This document shows, one piece after another, positions 24,304 to 35,745 of a stretch of DNA of 64,000 nucleotides. The stretch spans positions 13,795,201-13,859,200 of the forward strand of contig NC_083435.1 of the NCBI RefSeq assembly GCF_020745735.1, written 5' to 3'. How positions within the stretch are numbered: position 1 is the first letter of the stretch; each line of letters begins with the position of its first letter. Below the pieces are notes generated by a model that was not told the DNA's origin, did not search any database, and was given only the letters and a program-made list of their open reading frames with translations. Source of the DNA: Hemiscyllium ocellatum (taxonomy: Eukaryota). The translations under genes were made by a program, and so were the position numbers.

Positions 24304-24624
24304 GCCTCACGATAAGACTTGCTCCTGCGCCCTTAAACTGTCTGTTGAGTTGCTCCACGATGCAATAATACGTCCCAGAATCGCATACTGAGAGGTTGCT
24401 GATCCGCACAGAAATAAACAGCTCATTGTTAGAATATTCACTGGTTTCAGTTACTCTCTGGTGGTACTTTGTGATGACTTGGTGTATTTTTAGATCATCT
24501 TTCAACCATTTGTAAGATTTGGCTCCGGGGTGATCAAAGGTACAATTCAGTGTCGCGGTCTGACCTTCCACAAACTCGGCTGAAAGAGGCGACTGCCGTA
24601 CCTCTTCGTTACTTGAGTAAACTG
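24304..24624 (-). CDS. Ig-V receptor, VJ-type V-domain exon (107 codons)
   Basis: Acceptor gttttattcctaatag|CAG (NAGNAG) and donor AGGC|gtaaga; phase 1-1. Translation VYSSNEEVRQSPLSAEFVEGQTATLNC...YKWLK...ISNLSVCDSGTYYC...FKGAGASLIVR shows the B-strand Cys, C-strand Trp, DxGxYYC and a J-like GxG. Confidence 0.93.
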
Positions 24625-24919
24625 CTATTAGGAATAAAACTTTGCTTCAGCCATCGGTCGTTTCGTTTTTGTGCTTGGGTCACCCACTCCTCACCCCTCA
24701 ACCCAACCTCCGCCACCAACCCCCCACCCCCCCCCTCCCCCACCCCCCAACCCATCCCTCATGTATTAGCTAACAGCTGGATTTGGGGTTACTGAACGCG
24801 TCTCTTCCTGTCCTTATCTTCGCCTTAGCTTCGTCCCCCGATTCAAAAGGGCCACCTCCCCTTCTCCCATCCATTTCACCCACCCACATCCACCCACCCC
24901 CGACCCATGCCCACAACCC

Positions 24920-26400
24920 AGCCCTTTGCACAGTGCAGGAACAAAACCAGAAGTTGTTGGATAGAGCAGGGCCGGTCTGGCAGCATCTGTGGAGAGAAAC
25001 CAGAGTTCTCGTTTCGGATCCCTTGACCCTGCCTCAAGAACAGCGCCACAAACCGCATTCAGAAGGTCGTCAGCCGCTCCCTCCAGCGAGGTGTCACCAC
25101 CAGGCACATATTCCCCTCCACTCTTTTTGCCCGCCATCCGCAGGGACACTCAGATCCACTCTTCCATCATTCCCAAGACCTCCTCCACCCACCCCACTGC
25201 AAGTTCCCCTACAACCGCCGAACCTGCCCATTTATAGTACCTCCACCCCCCCCCCCCCTCAGTATCCAAAGGCCCAAACAGACCTTCCAGGTGAAGTAGT
25301 GCTTTACCTGCACTTCACTCAATCTCGTTGACTGCACTCGCTGCTCACAATGTGGTCTCCTCTTCCCTGGGGCAACGAAGCGAAGACTGGGTGACCGCAA
25401 CGCAAAACCTAAGTTCTTCCCACAAAAAAAACAATTCCCTAAACTTCCAGTCGCCTGCTACTTTAACACGTGGCTCTGTTCCCTGGCCAAGGTCTCTGCC
25501 TCAGGCTTCCTGCAGCGCAAGCCGTAAGAACAGCACCTCATTTTCCACTTGGAAATCCTGCAGCCATCCGGACTCAATATCGAGTTCAATAGCTTTTGGA
25601 TCTGAACTCCCCCCATGTCTACCCCACACACCGGGCTTGTGATCACATAGCACCCCTCAAACTTATAAGTGTATGTGTGGAGGGGGGGCAGGGGGTGTTA
25701 TGAGTGTCTGTGAGAGAGTGTGTATATGTGTGTGAGTGTAAACGGGTGTAGCTCTGTGACAGGGCGCGTGTGGGTATGTTAAGTGTGAGCGTATGAGAGA
25801 AGGTCTGCGTGAGTGTGTGTGTGCGTGTGTGTCCGTCTGTGTGTGTGTGTGTCCGTCTGTGTGTGTGTGTCCGTCTGTGTGTGCGTCCGTCTATGTGTGT
25901 CCGTCTGTGTGTGCCCATCTGTGTGTGTCTGTCTGCCTGTGTGTCCGTCTGTGTGTGAGTCCGTCTGTGTGTGTGTGTCCGCCTGTGTGTCCGTCTGTCT
26001 GTGTGTGCATGTTCGACTGTGTGTGCGTCCGTCTGTGTGTGTCCGTCTGTGTGTGCCCATCTGTGAGTGTGTCCGTCTGTGTGTATGTCCATCTGTGTGT
26101 GTGTGTGTGTGTGTGTATGTAGACAGTGCAATGATCTCAACCAGTACCTTGGATTCATTACACACTACGTGAACCCATTGCACTACACACATGCCGTCAG
26201 ACACTACCTAGTGTTGGCCACTAACTGTCTCCAGTAACAGCTATTCACCTTCCTAACCAGATCGTCAGCAACTCCTTTGTCTCTCCAAATGTTCTTCCCT
26301 TTTGAAACATAAGCAGTCCTGAGGAAAAGTCGACTGTGATGTTTCTGCACAGATGCCGCCAGACCTGCTGAGTTGTGTGAGCAACGTTTGTTTTGGTGCC
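24920..26400 (+). mobile_element. Decayed Penelope-like element fragment (GIY-YIG region and 3' end) with an inverted family C terminus
   Basis: ggcccaaacagaccttccaggtgaag...tgctttacctgcac...tgcactcgctgctcacaatgtggtctcctc is homologous to the endonuclease region at 52650-52850. The 3' end cagatgccgccagacctgctgag lies at about 26350. Confidence 0.75.
25660..26120. repeat. Compound (GT)n microsatellite with a recurring CCGTCT interruption
   Basis: Units such as gtgtgtgtccgtct repeated many times; this explains the CV- and HT-rich spurious ORFs. Confidence 0.95.
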
Positions 26401-26589
26401 TTTGGAATCTCGGTTTCAAGAGTTCCCGAGGTGGTTGGAGACCCTGAACACGGATGGGGGTGCGTTTGGAACTCCGTAAATCATCCAACAACACCCCCAT
26501 CCCCGTCATTTCCCACCGACCCCATTCCCCTCCTCCCACTCACTCCCCAATCCTCCTCAGGAATGCACGGGGGGACATTGAAATCTTAC

Positions 26590-26644
26590 CTGTGGTCAAG
26601 AAGAAAGACATAAGGACCAAGGCAGGGACAGATCGCGAATTCAT
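26590..26644 (-). CDS. Ig-V receptor, leader exon: MNSRSVPALVLMSFFLTT(A)
   Basis: gaccATG start (an in-frame ATG also lies at 26648-26650), hydrophobic core, donor ACAG|gtaaga. Phase 1 joins the V exon to give ...LTTAVYS. Confidence 0.85.
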
Positions 26645-26778
26645 GGTCATTTCCCCACAGCGGCGAGCTGCTCTGGTGAGGGTGTAGGCTGATCGCCCGA
26701 CTCAATGTTTGCTTGACCGGCCTGAGCTCGCAACATCACCGTATTAGGCAGCTTGGGCTCGCGCCAAGTTTAGGAGGG

Positions 26779-26798
26779 CCGGAAGTGAGGACGGAAGT
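26779..26798. promoter_or_regulatory. Tandem ETS sites in the putative receptor promoter
   Basis: CCGGAAGT (26779-26786) and ACGGAAGT (26791-26798), about 140 nt upstream of the ATG in CpG-containing sequence. Confidence 0.5.
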
Positions 26799-27714
26799 TA
26801 CCCAGCTCACACAGGGTCATGGGTGCAAGGTTGGAAACGTTATTGCTATCAGGTCTTCTGCATTTTTTTTAATTATTATTTTGCTAACTCGCCTTCTTCC
26901 CAGTTCCCGTGAAGAACCTTTGAGATGGACTAACCATGTCACAGTTGACCAGGGTCACCTTTTGTGCACATGGTGCTCAAAGCGACTGCTTTGTACAATC
27001 TATGTTGCCTTGTATTCTGGTGTTATGCTTCAGCGCACGGGAACGCAAGCCCGAGGAGCAGGTGGAGGCCGTTCGGCCCCTCGAGTCTGCTCCATCATTC
27101 AATCAGATCACGCTTGCTCTTGTTGTGATCTCAATTTGAACTTCCTGCCTCCGCCACCACAACCCTAGACGCCTTACCTGCCCCCCTCCAAAAAAAACTT
27201 GCCTGAGTCAGTTTAGAATGCATTTTGAAGAACCAACCTCCTCTGCCTCCCGCCTAAGAATGTTCAGTCATCACCGCTCCCCTCCCCAGTGAGAGGTAAA
27301 GTGTCTTATCTCTACATCTCCGCCTCTGTTACCTTCTCGTCCACTATATCTGCGTCTCTGTGTGATCATTTGTGTTGACCCAACTCACCTTCCCGCCTCG
27401 CAGCGTATGCCATCACTTAGCACGCTGCATCTCTAATATTGAATGTGGATTGCTGCTATGGGAGCCCTAGTTCCTGGGCTCTCATCGTGATAATTAAAAA
27501 GCACCACATCCCCTGAACCTACTTTATATACCGTGATAGTTACATGGTTAAAAATACGGAATAAATTCGTCAAACGTAATTTCCCTCCCATCAAACCATT
27601 TCCTAAATTGTCAGTTGTCACTTCTTGAATCACGGATTACAGTAGTGCTCCTAATGGCCGGTGCCAGGTTCCGGGTCTGCACTTCCCCCTGTTTTCTGTC
27701 TCGGTCCTATCTTA

Positions 27715-28110
27715 AGGACAAAGTTAAAAATCACACAACACCAAGTTATAGGCCAACAGGTTTATTGAGAATCACTAGCTTTCGGAGCGCTGTCCCTTCA
27801 CCAGGTGGTCGTGGAGCAGAAATATAAGACACAGAATTTATTGCAAAAGATTACATGGTCAAGCAACTGAAATGCTATATTGAACAAGCCGAGATTGTTG
27901 TTAAGTCTTTCATCTTTTAGAATGGGTTTCACGTTTCGGTTCACTTCAATGTTTAATTTCAGTTGCATGACACTGTAATCTTTTGCTATAAGTTCTGTGT
28001 CTTATGGTCCTGTTCCACAACTACCTGATGAAGGAGCAGCGCTCCGAAAGCTAGTGCTTCCAAATAAACCCGTTGGACTATAACCCGGTGTTGTGTGATT
28101 TCTCACTTTG
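27715..28110. mobile_element. Family B inverted-arm element (long arms)
   Basis: Arms of about 150-200 bp are reverse-complementary, with a hammerhead motif in each arm. Confidence 0.85.
28022..28056 (+). ncRNA. Minimal type I hammerhead ribozyme motif (family B)
   Basis: TAC-CTGATGA-A-GGAGC-AGC-GCTCC-GAAA-GCTA-GTG: palindromic AGCT and a CUA triplet. Confidence 0.78.
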
Positions 28111-28129
28111 TCCACCCCAGTCCAGCGCC

Positions 28130-28530
28130 TCATGGCAATCTTGAGGAAGTGGAGGAAGAGGCTTAATAACACGCAGCTCTGGAGTGTGGGAGGCTAAAGG
28201 ATAACCATCGAGAGGTTAATAAAATCTTGAAGGGCATAAGTAGGGTGAATAACTAAGATCTTTTCGCAGGGTAGGGAAAACTTAAGGGCGTGCGATTAAG
28301 ATGAGAGGGGAATGATTTAAAAGGGGCCTAAGGGGCAATTTTTTTCACGCAGTGTACGGAAAATGTTGCCAGCGGAAGTGGTGGATGCTCGTACAGTTGC
28401 AACGTTTAAAATGCTCTGGATGGGTTGAAAGGGATGTGCTGACAAATGGGTTTAGATTAATTTAGGATATCTGTTCGGCATGGTCGAGTTGGACCGAAGA
28501 GTCTGTGCTACTCCATAGATCTATGACTCA
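28130..28530 (+). mobile_element. CR1 3' fragment
   Basis: Decayed RGDLIEVYK region through gttggaccgaagagtctgtgc...ctatgactc tail. Confidence 0.75.
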
Positions 28531-29052
28531 GCGCACCTCAGTTACCATCCAACCACAGTCCTTTGTGTCCCGGATGAGCGATAACTGGAAATGGACACAG
28601 ACTCAGGTCGCGTGATATTTTCGTGGTGTTGCTAACCAGCTTCCCAAGAAAGGTCACGGAGCTGATCAGGTACGCGGCAATTGTTTGCAACAGCAATGTT
28701 TCAAGATGCACACTCGGCTCGCCTCAAGACTAGCCCATTGGTCTGGAGGGTGGCTGTGAGGCCTTACTCATTGTCGCGGGTGAGAGAAATGCAAATTCTT
28801 CCTTCAGCTATTATTAGCGCTGAAAGTACCACCTCGTGTGGTCAGCTGCAGCGCTACAGGCGATGCTAATTAGTTTCTGGGGAAGGGGGGGAGGTAAACA
28901 TCCTGTTTACCAGTTTGACAGTCACCTCATTATAGATAAAAGCGAAGCAAACATTCGGAAAATGTTGGTCAAACCAGCAGACTCTCAAGCTCAACTCCAG
29001 TGTCACTTTAAACGGAACAATTGAAGAATGTTAAGACACTGTCAAGCAATAT

Positions 29053-29367
29053 ATGATTTGGAGACGCCAGTGTTGGACTGGGGTGTACAAAGTTAAAAAT
29101 CACACAACACCAGGTTATAGTCCAACAGGTTTATTCGGAAACACTAGCTTTCGGAGCGCTGCTCCTTCATCAGGTGGTTGTGGAGAATAAGATTGTAAGG
29201 CACAGAATTTATAACAAAAGTTTACAGTGTGATGCAACTGAAATTATACATTGAAAAAGACCTGAACCTTATTCTCCACAATCACCCGATGAAGGAGCAG
29301 CGCTCCGGAAGCTAATGCTTCCAAATAAGCCTGCTGGTTTATAACCTGACGTTGTGTGATTTTCAAG
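29053..29367. mobile_element. Family B inverted-arm element
   Basis: Long arm from atgatttggagacgcc; short reverse arm ending gtgtgattttcaa. Flanks tcaagcaat/tcaagcgat look like a TSD. Confidence 0.85.
29142..29176 (-). ncRNA. Minimal type I hammerhead ribozyme motif (family B)
   Basis: Minus strand CAC-CTGATGA-A-GGAGC-AGC-GCTCC-GAAA-GCTA-GTG, fully paired. Confidence 0.8.
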
Positions 29368-31184
29368 CGATACAGTTGGAGTGGAAAGGAACGATGGGAG
29401 GGAAGGGTGGTGGCGGCAGGTGAAGGGTTCGGGAAGGAGGGGCGAGGCGAAAGGGGCGGGAGAGGAAAGGCGATGATAAGGAGGAAAGAGGGTAAAAGAG
29501 ACAGAGAGAGAGAAAGCAGGCAAGATGCCGTGAAGCGCTTCAGTTAATACACTACCTGCAGCCTAATGTAAGAACTTTTCCGGTATTTTGTGGTTTTTTT
29601 TGTTCATGTGCTCAGGGAAGTTTGAAAACTATTGATTTTACAATGTACCTACTTTCGCTAAAGAAGAAAAGCGGTGCTTCCATGAAAATACATTTTCTTA
29701 AAATGATCCACAGGGTTGTCACCAGGGAAAGGACAGCGGATCAATTTTTCATACTGGAAGCTAACAGTCCCTATAAAACAGACAACGAAATGGCATTAAC
29801 TTGCACCAAATATTTTAATTCAAATAAATATGCAAGGCTACGGAGAAAGAACAGAAGATGGTTGAAAGGGTACAATTGGATTATTCGTAAAGAGGCGGGA
29901 TTATAGCACCGAAAAGGCCCTTCGGCCCATTGAGCCTGTTCTGACCGATGGAAACGAATCCCAATTCCCAGCACGTGGCCCAGGTACCGAATGCTATGAG
30001 GTTTCAAGTATTCATCTAAATATTTTTTTAAAGGTTGTGATTTCTCGCCTAATCTCCCAGGCGATTTATTCCGGATCTCGCCACTCAAAAAAAAAGAATT
30101 CTGTATTGCCCTCTCAACCTCCTGCGCTTTATCTGAAAATTATTCCCGCTTGCTATTGTCCTTTTACCTAATAACTTCGTTTTCGGATACTGAGGCTAAG
30201 CTGCTTCCTGTGTGTCGGATTTCCTTTTAAAACATTATATCGGTCACAACTTCCTGTTGATAACACATTCGCTATTCCTAATTCCGAAATTAGCACTGAG
30301 GCGACACCAACTCAACACAGACCTCTGGATTGCATAGCCTTATTAGAAGTCGGCTCATCGGCCCCTTCAAACCTTGCTCGCCCTTCATTGTTCACTTGGT
30401 TGTAATGTCAACTGTAGTTTCCTTTTGCCTACCACCTTCCCACATCCCCACCAACCCCCCACCCCCCACCCCCACCACCACCCCTTGCCCTCATCCCCAC
30501 TCCATACCCCTGGCTTGCCTTGTGTATCACACACCCATCTAATTTTACCTTGAAAAACTCCTATAACAAACTAAGGTAGGACTGTGCCGGGGGTGGTGAT
30601 GGTGGAGGCAGATACGATGGGGGATTTTAAGGGACTTCTAGATAAACACATGAATATGGAAGGAATGGAGGGGTGTGGACCATGGGATTAGTTTAATTTG
30701 GTGTCATGTTTGGCACAACATCGTGGGCCGAAGAGCCCATTCCTGTGCTGCACAGTTCTATGTGCTAACAAAGTCTGCACTCCCTTCTGAGGAATTCCAC
30801 AGATTAACACCCCCCCCCCCCCCCCCCCGGAAATAAAATTGATTCTCCTCATCTCTAACGAGGGAAATGTCTTGACTTTAAACGGCATCCCTGAGTTCTG
30901 GTCCCCTCCTCCCTCACCAGCTCCCCACCCTTACCAAATCTGCCTCAGGAAGAAACATCCGAGCTCTATCCACCTATCAGGTCCAGTTAGGTTCAAAAGA
31001 GTAATTCTTACCCCCGCTCCCCCACCCACCCCTTCCGAGTCCCCCGCATTCTCAAGGGCGATTTTAATTGGGCAATAAATGACGGTGTGCCAAAAGATAC
31101 TCAAACCTAATGTGGAATATAGGAAATTTATGTTTCTTCTGCAATTCTAAATTCATTATATAAAAAAAACTGAACTCACATCAG

Positions 31185-31794
31185 TGTGTAATTGTTTCAG
31201 CCAGGAGCTGAATCAACAAGAATGTGAACTCTGTGGAGTAAATGCTAATTGGTTTGTTTATATTAGCTAAGAAAGTATGCAAGGGGAATACACAACAATG
31301 GTAACCCCATTTAGAAGGTCTTCGTGATAAGATGCTGTGAAGACAGACAGTTAAACTCAATATGCCGTATAAATAGTAGGTATAAACATCTGTTTCCCAT
31401 TTTTACAGAAACACAGGAACAAACCCCAATTAAAAGGGCTTAGTGATAAGATGCTGTGATAAGGCAAGGATGTGCCCACAGCAGGATGAGGGCAAATGGC
31501 CTTGAGAACAGGAATGAGCATGTTTTTCACAGACAAGACCGGATAAGACACGAGATAAGCAGGAATACCGGTCTTAGGGAAGTAGAGGATGTAAACAGGG
31601 GGGCAAACAATGAAATAAGAAGAAAACATATAGGAACCAAATTATATAAATATCGAGTATTTGTTGAATTCAGTGTGTTTTGTCCCTGCCTTGTGGACAT
31701 CACACCCACTTGCGAGTGTGAAATAAATGGCACTACTGATTCAGATCTTGTCTTGGACTGAAATTATTGCAGTGTGTGAGCTTTGTTTCTCACA
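31185..31794 (+). mobile_element. Putative solo LTR
   Basis: TGTG...CACA ends, internal direct repeat gtgataagatgctgtga, TATATAAA (31643-31650) and AATAAA (31722-31727). No TSD found. Confidence 0.5.
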
Positions 31795-32974
31795 CTACTA
31801 AACAAACAAAATAAAATAAGTATAAGACGCATACTTCAAAGAAAACCAAAGTAAGTGCCAGAATGTTTCCGTTTCCATCCATCTCCGTATCTACAGTATA
31901 GAGGTTAGAGAAACGTTGCTCCTTTCACTGTTAGCTGGCAGGAAAATTGCAATGTTGTCAACCGGCCGGCCCGCTGCTCCCCGAACTCCCTGCGCATAGG
32001 GAAGCACCCAGCCAACTAACTCAGTGGTCTGTGGAACTGTACCAATAAGAGCGGGTATTTACAGTGGGGGGGCATTTTATCAAGGTTTGTCCCGTGTCAG
32101 AACCTGCAAATTAACAGAAAGTGGTGTGGGGAAAGTTTGAACGGGTATATTTTCCCTTCGGAAGTGAAACCTCCAGCTATTTATAAGGATGTGATACCTT
32201 CAACAAAAGGCGATGTTCAGCAGGACTTTTAGCACCAGCTCAGTTCAGCAAAACAAGACCATATCCTGTTGCTGTTATTTTCTATATATGAAACTGACCT
32301 TAGCTTACGGCCACATGGAAAGATTTTCTTTAGGTCTGTGAATTATTTTTGCCTTGATGAAATCTCTTGTCTTGACGGGTTTCATTATGTTCTTTAAAGT
32401 GTTGCAATATTTTGTAACTAATAAATAATCTCGTTCCACTCACAGATGGAGATAGATGATTAATTTCAAAGGTACTTCGAACCACGGAATTTTAAAGATA
32501 ATTGCTACCTTCTTGGTTTTGGCTTGTTGTGATTCGTGGGTTGTTACTGTTGACCTATATTGACATCCGATCTGGTTTAAAATCCTTATCTTTGTTTTCA
32601 AGGTCCACAGACTGACTGCTCGCTACTTTTGCGTTGCCCTTCAGCCCTGCGAGTCAATTGGTAATCTTTGATGCGACGCATTTAACTCCTGACCAATAAT
32701 GCCTTCATCTGCCTCAGCCATAATCTCTCTTGAACTCCCTCCCTCAACCTCTCTCCTCTGAATGGATACTTAACAAATATAGGAAAGAACCTACCAAAGC
32801 TCCTTAGGCGATTCTGGGTTAAATTTCATTTGATAATTTTTCAGATTCATTCTGTTCGTGGTGTTGTGTAAATTTTATGTGAGTGTGCAGGATATATCAA
32901 TGCTGCTGGATATATCAGATCTGACTTGGATTTTAAACACAACTTGGGTCTGGTTTTTGACATGTGGGAGATTA

Positions 32975-33211
32975 ATCTTTATCTTCACGCAGAGGGTGGT
33001 ACGGGTATGGAATGAGCTGCCAGAGGAAGTGGTGGAGGCTGGTGCAATTGCAATATTTAAGAGGCATTTGGATGAGTATATGAATAGGAAGGGTTTGGGG
33101 GGATATGGGCCGGGTATTGGCAGGTGGGACTAGATTGAGTTAGGATATCTGGTCAGCATGGACGGGTTGGACCGAAGGGTTTGTTTCCATGCTGTACATC
33201 TCTATGACTCT
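32975..33211 (+). mobile_element. CR1 3' end
   Basis: FTQRVVRVWNELPEEVVEAG and the ctctatgactct tail. Confidence 0.92.
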
Positions 33212-33825
33212 ACCAGGAGAAATGATTACATCCCTGCAAATCAGACCATACAATAAATGTAAGATTATATGAAAATTGAAATACATGTTTCCTGCTTTGT
33301 TTTTCTTCAGAATAAGGAACTGGGTTCTGTATGTATGTAAATTTCAATTCTTTTTCATAAAATATGTAGATTATGTGTGAGGGGAGTTGATTCTCATTTA
33401 TGAAAAAAGGTTTAACTTTTCTGGCCATAGGATGATTTCACATATATTTTTATCTGTACAGTACTGATGTTTGTATTATTTATATATATATAGAGCGAGA
33501 GAGAGAGCGAGAAATCAAACTAATACAGGTATATACATAGAAAAAATACTCTTTTTGCGTGAGGATATCACTACCAATGCCAACATTTATTATCTGTCTC
33601 AGATTGATCTTCAACTCATGGTAGTGAGCTGCTTTTTCGAATGTCTGCAATCCTGGTGTAAGCACGTCCAGAGTGTTGGCAGGGAGTGAGTTCCACTATG
33701 TTGGCCTAGTGACAATAAAAGAATGGCAATATAGTTTCAAGTTGGGATGGTGTGTGACTCAGAAGGGAAATGTTTGGAAGTGGATTCTCCTCAATTTGCA
33801 TTGCCATTGTCTATCTGGGTGCTAG

Positions 33826-34453
33826 TGCAATGGACCAAACCAGGTCCCCTCAAAATATTTTAAGAAGGTATGCTAGAGCCTAACTGTTTCTTACAATGTG
33901 TTCTGTTGCAGATGTAATTTCACTGGTCAAACTACTCAATATTGAGCACAACCCCATTTGTTCAAGCACAATAGTTAAAATACAACAAAAGAAAGAAGAA
34001 TTTGGAATAATGTACCTCTATTTGGAATAGAATACTAATACTGTAACTGTTACTGGTTAACTGTTCCAAAATAGTGACATCCCATAAACACACTCCTTAG
34101 TGAAAAGGCAAATTCAGAAAATAGATTTGTCTCACATGTATCCCAGCAGCAGATTTTTTAAAAAAACAGCTTCCAGCTGTAATCAAGAGAGGGAAAAGAT
34201 AGTTTCTACTTCTTCAAATCTTCAGCACCTTCTGCCCTGTTGAGACCCCATAAAGCTAAACCTAAAAACGAAATCAAAAAGCCTGGTCTGTGAGAGCTGG
34301 CTACACCCATCCAGGCTGCTTCTATTGTTCCAACTTTTTAAAAAAGTTCTGAGGCCTCTTACTTTACTGGCTGTCCATGTAGGCAGCCTGGTACTTCTGT
34401 TTTTAAATCTCTCTTTAAAGTAAAGGGCAAAATAACTTCTTAAAGCCATAACA
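33826..34453. mobile_element. Solo LTR inserted in an older LINE fragment
   Basis: Starts tgcaatgg (decayed tgttatgg) and ends ccataaca, the same terminal style as 629-1426. LINE-like sequence lies on both sides. Confidence 0.55.
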
Positions 34454-35414
34454 CTGTCACATTAGACAGCATTGCAAATACTGTGGAATTACCTCAGTGC
34501 TGTCTGAAGCAATGGAAGCATGCATTGCTTCCAATGGGAGTTGATGGGGAATGGACTGAATGTTGCAAGTAGTGGATGTGGTGCCAGTTAAGTAGGCTGC
34601 TTTATCCAGGATGGTGTCAAGCTGCTTGGGTGCCATTAGACCTGCACTCAGCCAGGCAATTGAAAAGTATTCCATCAGACTCCTGATTGGTACCATGTAC
34701 ATCATATGTACAAGCCAAACTTTAAATCTCATACAAAAATCTTGATCCAGACGAAAGTGAATTTCACAGCATGAGACAATTAGCTTCTTCTAGTGTAAGT
34801 GGGGATTTATCTGTATGCGTAGGCATTGAAACCTGTTTTTAACAAATGAGTATTTTTGCACGTATTTTATCGAATTCAACTAAATTCAAAAGTAGCAAAA
34901 TTACATACAATGAAGAAAGTCATCCCATAAAGCAGGAAACCAGCCCTAATTCACAGCAATTATCAATGCCTTTTAAAAAAAGAAATTCATGTAATTAATC
35001 TATTACAATGCATAACTAACTGCACTATACAAATATTATAAGAACAAAAAGAACTCTAAAAAAAACTCATTGACACAAAAAATAAAATCAGCTTACAGAT
35101 TACATCGTGCCCTCAATACACACTTTCCCAAAGCCATCACAGACTCTGGTATAATGGAGAAACCCATTCCAGTATAAAGCCATAACCCTCATTCACAAAG
35201 TAAAGTGTGACGCGTAAACAAAGTTAAAAACAAATCCAAACGCAAAACCAATCAAAGTGTGAAAGCAAAATTGTAGTAACGAAATATGTGTACATAAAGT
35301 CTCAAAATTAAATGGAATCAAATAACCCTGCACAAAAGAAATGAATGCAGCTGAAAAGGGAAAAGGTTTGTATTGGATACAAATCTTGAGGTTTTGTGTA
35401 GTTCAGTGATTTGT

Positions 35415-35745
35415 CTATGAATTTCAGTATGGAAGCAGGCCATTCAGCCCATCCACACCAACCTTTCGAAGAACATCCAATCCAGACCCACTCCTCTACC
35501 CCTGCAATTCCCATGGCTCATCCACCTAGCCTGCACAAGTCTGGACACTATGGACAATTTATCATGGTCAATCCACCTAATCTGCACATCTATGGACTGT
35601 GGGAGGAAACCAGAGCACACAGAGGAAACCCACACAGACATAGGAAAAATGTACAAACTCCACACAGACAGTTGCCCAAGAGTGGAACTAAACCCAGGTC
35701 CCAGGTGCTGTGAGGGCGCAGTGCTAACCACTGACCCACTGTGTC
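35415..35745 (-). mobile_element. HE1-type SINE
   Basis: ggactgtgggaggaaaccagagcac...aaactccacacagacag...gcagtgctaaccactg. Confidence 0.85.

Noticed and set aside
25643-26204. Long HT/CV-rich ORFs
   Set aside because: Translations of a (GT)n compound microsatellite.
26936-27139. Signal-peptide-like plus-strand ORF (MLPCILVLCFSA...)
   Set aside because: Runs into a reversed CR1 3' tail and has no partner exons.
28789-28796. Octamer ATGCAAAT as an Ig-type promoter, and RSS-driven rearrangement of the V exon
   Set aside because: An isolated 8-mer is expected by chance. The V exon already contains its J-like strand and ends at a splice donor, with no heptamer/nonamer seen.
33912-34032. Plus-strand acceptor plus a 40-codon frame
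   Set aside because: Lies inside the solo LTR at 33826-34453.
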